A stretch of 64,000 nucleotides of DNA from the human T2T-CHM13v2.0 reference genome, Homo sapiens. Of the stretch, positions 54,735 through 64,000 are shown piece after piece (within the stretch, counting starts at the first letter, position 1; each line of letters opens with the position of its first letter). The stretch is from NCBI RefSeq assembly GCF_009914755.1, contig NC_060935.1. One strand, given 5' to 3'. The position numbers were made by a program, and so were the translations under genes. A model generated the notes under the pieces. The model was not told where the DNA came from, did not search any database, and saw nothing but the letters and a program-made list of their open reading frames with translations.

Positions 54735-54890
54735 CAGTACTGAACACCAGAGTCATGGAGGCTCCATCATATACTAGCTATGTGATTCTGAGCAAGTAGT
54801 TTTTCTTTGAAGCTTCAGTTTACCTATCTGCTGAAATGTGAAAAGTGGCTAATTAAACCTACCTCATAGAGTTGTCGTAAGTGAAATGAC
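54735..54890 (+). mobile_element. MIR
   Basis: 'tactagctatgtgattctgagcaagtag...gcttcagtttacctatctg...acctacctcatagagttgtcgtaag'. Confidence 0.7.
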
Positions 54891-57823
54891 ATGGGGTTGG
54901 ACATATTTGCTTTCTAAAGAAACGTGATGTTATTTCAGCAATACCAGGGTAATGAATATTGTGTAGGCAAAAACAATCCTGTACAATATTGCAGACTTCA
55001 GCCTAGTTTTTGTGCAAGCTGCTTTCTGAATTAAAGGAATTAAAAACCAGGGAAAGAGTTGATCCTAATCCTTCTAACCGCCTTCCATGTGAATTGAACA
55101 CACTTAATGTCTGTATTACTTATTGGATGCGGTAGACAAAGAAGGAAACATTTCAACCAGCCATCTACCTGTCCGAAAGCCCAGCCTTTCCTTTAGGACA
55201 ACATCTCTTCCTTTCATTGCCTCCATCAGGATGGTTGTAGTTGATGGTGGATATAATAGATGTGACCTTATTTGACCATGGCTGGCTCTCCACCAAAGGG
55301 CATCCAAATAAATAAGCATGAAGCCTGTTGCTCCTAACCCACTCTGCTGGGACCAGGCGCAGCCCGCTAGTGTATTTTCCTTGTACAGTCTGGAGGAACC
55401 CAGCCTCTATCCCTGCTTCATCAGAAACTGGAGTCTTATTTTCTATTGGCTATTTACTCTCAAGACTTAGAAATAGGGACCTATATTGACTCACTTCTTA
55501 TTTAGATTACTGAGTAAAAGTATAATAATTCTTTAATAATTCTGGGAACTGAAGCTTTCTGGAGTCAGCATTCACTGGCCCAGTGCAAAGTAACTGCTTT
55601 TTTATCCTACTATTGCACTTGAGAGGCAACTTGAAGTTTCCTTTCCTTTACTCAGTCACTTTTCAAGGGGAAATAGGAATAATCAGAATTTTAAGATATT
55701 CTGTATGCAGTATAGGTGCATTTTAAATAATATTTATTAAAAGACATGGAGTTACTTTTGCTTATCATGCAACTTATTACTGAATTTTTCTTTTTTGTCT
55801 GTGTTGAAAAGAAAAAGGTGGAAGAAAAAGACTTATGTAGGCTTCCTATTAAAAGGCACCTAGACTGAATAGAAGATTCCCTTTTATTTTTTTTTCTACT
55901 TGCAAAGCCAAGAGTCAGAGCCATGGAATCAGAGAATTCAAGTTCTTTATAGTTCAAGCAGAATGAAGCAGGGAATGGACAGAAATAGGTCATATTGTGA
56001 TCGCAAAACTAGGACAATGAGGAGTTTCTTGGAGGATTCAAGCTCTGATGGATTCTTACTTTGGGGCAGAGCATTTCAGAAAATTCAGAAGCCAAGAGAT
56101 ATAGTATATGGCAGCCTCTAAAATATTTTAAAAACGCTTACTAGTCTGCATATTCTTTTCTTGTAAAAAGAAGTTAAAAGATGCGTTTTCTTTAATCACT
56201 TGTCAAGACAGTGGCTTTCTCCAGGATTATAAGACAGTGGATTAAATGTATCTTTCCCATTGCTTGTGGCCCTTGAATGATTTTCAGACATCATTGACTC
56301 CACACATGTTTAAAACGGAGTCAGCAGCAGCAACCCTTTCAGTAGCTGAAAGCTCCGGGTCCCATCCACTGGGTCTGCAAGTAAGTAGCCATTTGGCAGT
56401 GACTCTGAGGAAGTCACTTAACCCAAGAGAGTTCTCACCAATAAAACAAGGGGGATAGTTTGCCTCTTTAACTTCTAAAACGAGTATGGTATTCTCACTT
56501 TGGAGTGCAGTTTCAAGGTAATCTTGGAATTCTTGAACTGTTGCTCTTGATCTAAACAGTTACAAAAAGATGGAGAGAGAAGAGGCAGAAATTTCCATGA
56601 GTCCCTGTGTCTACCTTTCTTTTTCTCTTTCCAACAAGAGGATAGGGTGGTGCCCATGAAGGCTATGATTTTCAGCCTTGCAGACAGCTCTGGGAGTTGT
56701 TTGGGCCCCAGTTCCTGTCTTGTTCCTGCTGCTCATCCATTTAGGATTTGAGTATCTCTCTCATTCCTTTTTCTTCTCAGTTCTGCCTGGACATTAAGTG
56801 CTTTTGACTCCCATACCTTACCCACTCTTGCCCTCCTGCTTCCAAATGCAACTCCCTACCTCCTGTCAACTCCTGCACTCTGAACACGAAATCATACTTA
56901 GCTAGTTGCCAGATTATTTGATTAAAGCAGTAGAAGCTAGGGTGACAAACGATGCTATACTTCAGGGATATTTGCATTTTTAACATCTGGTCCTCCTGAA
57001 AGGGATCTCCAGTTGGTGAAATATACACAGGAGATAAGAATAACTGAAATGCTTTTGTTCTATATAAAAGGCTTCATATTGATCATTGAGTTTTCTGTAA
57101 TCATCGTACAAGGTAAATGAACTAAGTAGTGATATCCTCTGGGTATTTTATTTTATTTTACAGCTGAACCTCAGGGATTAATCAGAAATTGTTCAGGGTT
57201 ATCTGCCTAGAAAGTAACAGAGAAAGAACTTGCACTCAAGTCTTCCCATCCAATGCTCTGGCTTCTGTAAGAGCCACTACTTCCCAAGTGCCACCTTACG
57301 AGGCACGTGACAGCCGTGTGTATAGGGGACATAATGACTTTAGAAGTTGACCGCTAAGTTAGATGTAATTCAAATCCATGTGCCCTCAGGTTTGCAGCCA
57401 TAAAACATCGATTACCACCTTTTTGGCTTTCCACATATTTTAAAAAGTGGATTCATTGAAGACAGAGGTGATGAATTGTGTGGCATAGAGAAGTGGGGAT
57501 ATTTTTTAACTGTGACTTCAGCTGTTGTCCACCTGGGGAGGGAGGTGGGGTGATGTGACAGTGGGGTAAAGCACTAGGCCACCATCGACTTTGAGGCTTT
57601 AAAAGACTGTTTAAATTACCAGATTATAAATAATTACTTAAAAACCTTCAAACAATAAAGAAGAATATGAAATAAAATATACTATCTTTCTCTTTCACTA
57701 TTCTAATCCCTCTTCTTTTATTTTTGAGTGTGTAATCATCCAGACTTTTTTTTTTTCAATACCATACAAAAATTGGTGCTATAGTTTCAGCATGCCTCTT
57801 TTGCTAGGTATTACATGTGGGGG

Positions 57824-58204
57824 TGCTATGGTCCACTCCAAACCTCATGTTGAAATTTGATCCTAATGTTGGAGGTGAGGCTTAATAGGAAACCTTTGGG
57901 TCATGGGGGTGGGTCCTTCTTGAAAAGATTAATGCCCTCCCTCCGAGATGAGTGAGTGTTTGCTCTGTTTGTTTCTAGGAGAGCTGGCTGTTAAAAAGAG
58001 CCTGGCATCTCCCCTTTTGCTCTCTTGCTTCCTCTCCTGCCACGTGATCTCTGCACATGCTGACTTCCCTTCCCCTTCCATAGTAAGTAGAAGCAGCCTG
58101 AGGCCCTCACCTGATACAGATGCCAACACCATGCTTCTTGTACAGCCTGCAGAACACTGAGCCAAATAAACTTCTTTCCTTTATAAATTACCCAGCCTCA
58201 GGTA
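57824..58204 (+). mobile_element. MaLR LTR (MSTB-like)
   Basis: 'tgctatgg...ctccaaacctcatgttgaaatttgatcctaatgttggaggtgagg...gagccaaataaacttctttcctttataaattacccagcctcaggta'. Confidence 0.88.
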
Positions 58205-59884
58205 GGCTGTTAATTAAGTTTATATTCTGCTAGTCACGTGGAATATGTACATCTTTTTATAGAATTTTTTTTTTCTCTTTGTGAAGACACACTACTGTGA
58301 AGGTGTAGTTCCTATCCTTGTCCCAAATTTTTAAAAACTATTTGTGTTCCACTTAGTTTTTATTTAATAAGAGCTCTTTATTTTTAGGGACTTTAGCTCT
58401 TTGTTATAGATGTTGAAAAGGCTTTTTCCTAGTTTGTCTTTTAATTTTGTTTGCAGTATGTTTTTCTGCTCAGAGCTTTTTATTTTATATGTAGTCAAAT
58501 CTGTTAGTTTTTTTCTTTATGGCTTCTATAAGGAAGACTTCTCCTCTGCCAGGATTATAGAAATATTATCAAATATTTTTCTTTCAGAAAGGTTTTTTGC
58601 TTTTGTTTTAGTGTATTCTTGATTTTTGTGTGACTCCAGGTAGACTTCTAATTTTGCTGTGAAGTTCCAATAGTTAACAATTAGTTTAGGAGAAAAATAA
58701 GATATAAAATTTAGTGGGAAAACCAAGTGAACTCCTAGTGATGTTTTTTCCGATCTGGAGACCCATTCAGGGAGGAATTGGTGACCCAAACTATCTATCT
58801 GGCACAGGAATCCCCTGCAGCAATTTTCCCAAGCTCTTAGAAGCTGTAAACTAGAGCATGCTCCTGTTTTAAATTCACCAAGGTGTGTTTCAGGCCCAGT
58901 TCACCAGAGTGTGATGGTTCATGAGAGAGTGAGTCAGTCATTTGAACTGGTTCCTCAGTAGATGGTGCAAGAGAACAACCCTGATGAACAAGAAGATCCT
59001 TACAAGGAGAAACATCCTGAGATGAAGAGGGTTTGTCAGAGTGCAGCAATGCCCCACATGCAGGCTGGATTTTGGAATTTATATTTAATTTAACTCACCA
59101 GTAAGCAGATTCACATGTTTCCAATGCAGAATGGGAAGCCAGCAGAAAGAATGGTAAATGTATTCAAATAATATGAGTGTCAAACTGACTTAGGGAACAC
59201 ACATACATACTCAGCTTGGAGGATTGCTTGTAGAAGCAATGAGGTCAGGAAAAGATGCATGTAGAAGAAATTCATCCTAAGAAAGTCTTTCTTAGAAAAC
59301 AAACAGATCTTAGATTCTTAGGTTAGGAGGATGGTTGTCTGCAAGGCAGCTGAAAAGAATCACTTGTGATCTTTTTCATCTATTTTGAGATGGCTGAAAA
59401 TAACTTTATATCCATGAAAGGGAACAGAAAAGGATATCAGGATATGAAGGATGTGGTCCTCCTGTGTCTGGAATTGGTGGGTTCTTGATCTCACTGACTT
59501 CAAGAATGAAGCTGCGGACCCTCGCGGTGAGTGTTACAGTTCTTAAAGGCAGTGTGTCCGGAGTTCCTTCTGATGTTTGGATGTGTTCTGAGTTTCTTCC
59601 TTCTGGTGGGTTCGTGGTCTTGCTGGCTTCAGGAGCGAAGCTGCAGACCTTCGCGGTGAGTGTTAAGCTCTTAAGGCGGTGCGTCTGGAGTTGTTCCTTC
59701 CTCCTAGTGGGTTCGTGGTCTCGCTGGCCTCAGGAGAGAAGCTGCAGACCTTCGCAGTGAGTGTTACAGCTCATACAGGCAGTGTGGACCCAAAGAGTGT
59801 GCAGCAGCAAGATTTATTGCAAAGCGCGAGAGAACAAAGCTTCCACAGTGTGGAACAGAGCTTCCACAGTGTGGAACAGGACCT

Positions 59885-60235
59885 GAGCTAGTTGCCACTG
59901 CTGGCTGGGTCAGCCTGCTTTTATTCCCTTATCTGGCCCCACCCACATCCTGCTGATTGGTCCATTTTACAGAGAGCTGATTGGTCTGTTTTACAGAGAG
60001 CTGATTGGTCCGTTTTGATAGGGTGCTGATTGTGCATTTACAAACCTTGAGCTAGACACAGGGTGCTGATTGGTGCATTCACAAACCTTGAGCTAGACAC
60101 AGAGTGCTGACTGGTGCATTTACAATCCCTGAGCTAGACATAAAAGTTCTCCAAGTCCCCACCAGATTAGCTGGACACAGAACACTGATTGGTGTGTTCA
60201 CAAACCTAGAGCTAGACACAGAGTGCTGACTGGTA
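59885..60235 (-). promoter_or_regulatory. ERV9 LTR promoter/enhancer: CCAAT (NF-Y) repeat array plus AATAAA TATA-like box
   Basis: Repeated ctgattgg (CCAATCAG on the minus strand) at ~59953, 59977, 60001, 60066 and 60185, partly within ~41-bp units; 'cttttattc' (GAATAAAAG on minus) at ~59918-59926. Confidence 0.75.
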
Positions 60236-60435
60236 AAGGTTCTCCAAGTCCCCATTAGACTCAGGAGCCCAGCTGGCTTCACCTAGTGGATCCTATACTG
60301 GGGCCACATGCAGAGCTGCCCGCCAGTCCCATGCGGTGCGCCCACGCTCCTCAGCCCTTGGGCGGTGGATGGGACCGGGCGCTGGGGAGCAGGGGGTTTG
60401 TCTCGTCTGGGAGGCTCCGGCTGCGCAGGAGCCCA

Positions 60436-60526
60436 GGGGGCGGAGGGGGCGGGGGGGGGGGGGCGGAGGGGGCGGGGGGGGGCGGAGGGGGCGGGGGGGG
60501 CGGGCGGGGGGAGGAGGAGGGGGAGG
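60436..60526 (+). repeat. G-tract/GC-box tandem expansion (GGCGGAGGGGGCG(G)n) inside LTR12
   Basis: About 90 bp that is nearly all G, with 3 copies of GGCGGAGGGGGCGGGGGGG. Confidence 0.95.
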
Positions 60527-61299
60527 CTCGGGCATGGCGGGCTGCAGGTCCCGAGCCCTGCCCCGCGGGGAGGCAGCTGAGGCCCCGCGAGAATTCCAGC
60601 GCAGCGCGGGCGGGCTGGCATTGCTGGGGGACCTGGCGCACCATCCTCAGCTGCTGGCCCGGGTGCTAAGCCCCTCACTGCCCCGGGCCGGCTGTGCTGG
60701 CCAGCCGCTCCTAGTGTGGGGCCCGCGGAGCCCACACCCACCCGGAACTCCGGCTGGTCCGCGAGCACAGCGCGCAGACCCGGTTCCCGCCCGCGCCTCT
60801 CCCTCCACACCTCCCCGCAAGCAGAGGGAGCTGGCTCCGGGCCTCTGCCAGCCCAGAGAGGGGCCACCACAGCGCAGTGGCGGGCTGAAGGGCTCCTCCA
60901 GCATGGCCAGAGCAGACGCGGAGGTCGAGGCTGAGGAGGCACTGAGATCAAGCGAGGGCTGCAAGGGCTGCCAGCATGCTGTCACCTCTCACTCCCAAAG
61001 GTCAGAGGGGAGATTATTGAGGGAACCTTGGGCTTAGCCTAGTCCCTGAGCCAGGCTAGGCCTCTGTCGGGGGGAACAGCCACACATAAATGCCTGACAT
61101 GTCACAAAGGGTGTTCAAAAATTTTCTCAAAAGAAATTTCCCAAGATTAAATTTTCACTAAACCAATTATAACTTAAAATCTACTGAAGAGGAACAAACC
61201 TCTTCAGTATTAATGCTTGCCTTCTCTGTCTTGAAGTATAGCTGAAGTAATTTTGTTTGGTGTCTATAGTAATGCAGGCCACTGTGAACCAGAAACCTG

Positions 61300-61440
61300 T
61301 GCTGTGAGTCCTTGCTCTGGGACCATAAGAGCTGATTGATTTGCCCAAGTCTTAACCTCGTTGAGCTTCAGCTTCCCCATCTGTAAAAATGAGGAATAAT
61401 GCCCACTTTAAGGAGTTGCAGTGAAGAAAAAGCTAGGTAG
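61300..61440 (+). mobile_element. MIR
   Basis: 'ccaagtcttaacctcgttgagcttcagcttccccatctgtaaaaatgaggaataatgcccac'. Confidence 0.7.
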
Positions 61441-63695
61441 TACATTTTAAAATTACCTGAATAACTTGGAAAACCTTGTACAGATGGCAAAGATTTTAAA
61501 ACATATTAGTGCTGTAAGTGATTGGGAACCTTTTTTTTGGATTTCTTTCTGATATAGGTCAAGTTTTTCTGAGAGGAGTAAAATTTTTAACTTGACTCAT
61601 TGTGCCCTGAAGCATCTGGCATTGTAAATACATTTTAAAGAAATATGACATTGGAAGAGAAATTTGAATTGCATTTTTCATATGGTAAAAGGTGGTGTGG
61701 TGAGTTTTCTAAGACAAACATCACATTGTCACTGTTTATCCCGTGTCCAGCTAACAAGGTGCTGTGCACAGAGAAAACACTAAGCAGAGACTTGCTGATC
61801 ACAGAGAACTGAACTGTTCTCCAAATTTAACTGCAATACGTAGAGTTGGGGTATAAATGTCTCTGTTAGAATCTCATAGTGCTTCTGTGTTTCTTCGGCA
61901 CCTGCTCAAATTAAAATACTGGAATTCCAGATTGGATATCAAAAAATCTCCCCACTCCTCATTTTGGGTAGAGGAAGGGCAGGATAGAGACAGGCATTTG
62001 TGCTTTTAGACTTGTGCCTTAAGTCCACATTGTCACCACAAAGGCCTGTGACTTCTGAATTTTTTCCAGAACTCACATTTCCAAAAGCTGAGCCTTGGAG
62101 AGCTCAATGGTAAGGAGATCTCGGCAGGCAGTTCCTGAGGAGACGCTAGTCGTTCTCCTTTCTGCATTCATACATCCATAAAAGTTGTTAAAACCTCAAG
62201 CCTGCTGAGTCCTGAGGGTTCAAGGAGTTGCTGAAAGAAAACTGCCTCTGTTAGCTAACTTGTTTTAACCTCAGCTTCTGAAAGTTGGGGGCCAACCTAA
62301 ATTCTTCCTGCTACACTTCTGTTGCTGGGCGCCTATCTTTCTTTGTTTCTTGTCTGAGACAGTAAACAGAGGGTAATGGTTGCACAAGCACCAGCTCTTT
62401 TGTGATAGCCTGGGAGCTTCATGCAAGGAGTTCTGAACAGGTTGCAAAAGAGAAGCTGTTGCTGAATGCCAAAAAAAACCCCAAAACCGAAAACAAACAA
62501 AAAAACCCTCTCTCCAGTTCTAGCTTGTTAGCTTTTTCCAAACCTTTGGGAGCTTGCCTTACCAATCAATGAGTCAGAAACCTTGACAGTTTCTGCAGTA
62601 AGAAACTGTCGGGGAGGAATGAAGTTTGCACACTGGGTGATACCAGAGGAAGATTTGACCTGTGCTTAGTACACTTCAGCTTTATTTGAATGTTTTTCAC
62701 AGTCATTAGAAATCAGGCAAGTTTTTAAAGTCAAACATTAAAATGACTACATTTTTAAAGTGAAGGTTGCAACACTTAGCATGAGAAGAAAGCTAACAGA
62801 CAAACCCAAAAACAGTTGAAATGTAGTGGAAAGAGAACTGAAGCAAAAACATTCTCTTCCTAGAGATTGTTTAAGACCTTCAGATGCACTAAACATTGAA
62901 AGATGATAATGTGCCCATCTATGTAAGTCAAAACAAAATGAGACCTTTTTGAAATATTACAAAACTCCATGTATGTTGAAACTAAAATAGTGTGTTTCTA
63001 GATTTTATGATTGCAGAATTTGGCATTAATCCATGGAAGCTGCCCTATCCCCCTCTCTGCTTTATTCATGTCCTAACAGTTTGTCTGCCTGTTGGAGAAT
63101 CTAGCAGAGCTATCTGTGTGCCCTCTGCCTTTTAACTCTGAGCAAGACATTTTCATTGTCTTGTCCTTGGCTTCCTCAGCGGTACAATGAAAGATAGTTT
63201 ATACGTTAAATTTCAGGATGCTTTCAGGAACATGATTTTATAAATAGCTCTGTGAGGTTGGGGAGAAGGAGCAAAGTCAGAGAGTTTAAGTGTTTTGCCC
63301 AGGGTCCCAAGACAAACAGAAGTACAACTCAGGTCTTCATGTTCTGAGTGTAGTTCCTTCAGCTGTATTGCGTGGGTTTTGAGTTTTTAATAAACTCTAA
63401 GGGCATTGTGTTGGGTGATGGACAAAAATATGCAAATAAATGGAGTACTTTATTGCTTCATTATTATTTATTTGGGTAAATATTCATTTGAATGTTGCTA
63501 TTATGCCTACAAAATGTGTAATTGTTTTATTTTTTAGAATATTAGCACTTTGGAAGGAAAGGCTTTAAATATCTGATAAACACAACAAATATTGAATAAT
63601 GTGAAGTATTTTAATGAGTTCACATTGACTTTAGTTTGCAAATTATGGTAATGGAGTAAAGGAAGGGATTTCTTGTTAGGGAAATTGACAGGAGT

Positions 63696-63700
<5 letters not shown>

Positions 63701-63758
<58 letters not shown>
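63701..63758. repeat. (TG)n(AG)n compound microsatellite
   Basis: Read directly from the sequence. Confidence 0.95.
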
Positions 63759-64000
63759 AACATTTACAGCTTTTCAGATGTTATTTAATGCTATACACAG
63801 TTGTTTAAATGTTAAGAAAATAAAACCTGTAATGAAATACTTTATCATGTCAGATAAAATATATAATTAGGAGGGCTGTTTGAGATAAATTTCAGCCTAT
63901 CTTTAAGATGTGGTAGATCAAGAGTAATTTAACATGATTTAGCGCTGCTATTGCACAGTTAAGTATTGTCTGTGGTTGAATAGATAATGAAATGCAGTGC

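Larger units (their letters stand above)
59463..60991 (-). mobile_element. Complete solo LTR12 (ERV9/HERV9; LTR12C-like), 1529 bp
   Basis: On the minus strand it starts TGAGAGGTGACAGC and ends CCAATTCCAGACACA (TG...CA); 4-bp TSD CTCC at 59459-59462 and 60992-60995; GC-rich U3, CCAAT tandem repeats and U5 tandem repeats. Confidence 0.97.

Noticed and set aside
59950-60235. CRISPR-like regularly spaced repeats
   Set aside because: These are tandem ~41-bp ERV9 U3 enhancer units without unique spacers, in a eukaryotic context with no cas genes.
60283-61037. Long GC-rich ORFs (222 aa, 233 aa and overlapping ones) with poly-Pro/poly-Gly
   Set aside because: They lie essentially within the LTR12 U3. 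Stop-codon scarcity from high GC and the G-tract explains overlapping ORFs on both strands.

Overview
Primate, almost certainly human, genomic DNA that is AT-rich and dense in repeats. I find no credible protein-coding exon: the listed ORFs trace to Alu, L1, Tigger1, LTR or microsatellite sequence, or look like chance ORFs. The window reads like the large 5' introns of a + strand gene that I cannot name from sequence alone. The best host-gene signal is a 222-nt exon-like segment (38253-38474) with strong splice sites, stops in all three frames and four internally closed uORFs, just downstream of a C-rich/(CA)n promoter-like block. Mobile elements include about 10 Alus, a FAM monomer, L1/L2/MIR relics, MaLR LTRs, a near-full-length Tigger1 interrupted by an Alu, a MADE1 MITE and a complete solo LTR12 (ERV9) with a 4-bp target-site duplication (TSD). 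The most unusual structures are: an 83-bp locally templated insertion inside an L2; a fold-back inverted duplication in an Alu tail that forms an AT-rich palindrome; a G-tract/GC-box expansion inside the LTR12; and a MADE1 hairpin whose substitutions are mostly G:U-compatible on the + strand only. I see no evidence for a wholly new multi-gene system. Repeat subfamily calls come from recalled consensus motifs and need RepeatMasker/Dfam confirmation.
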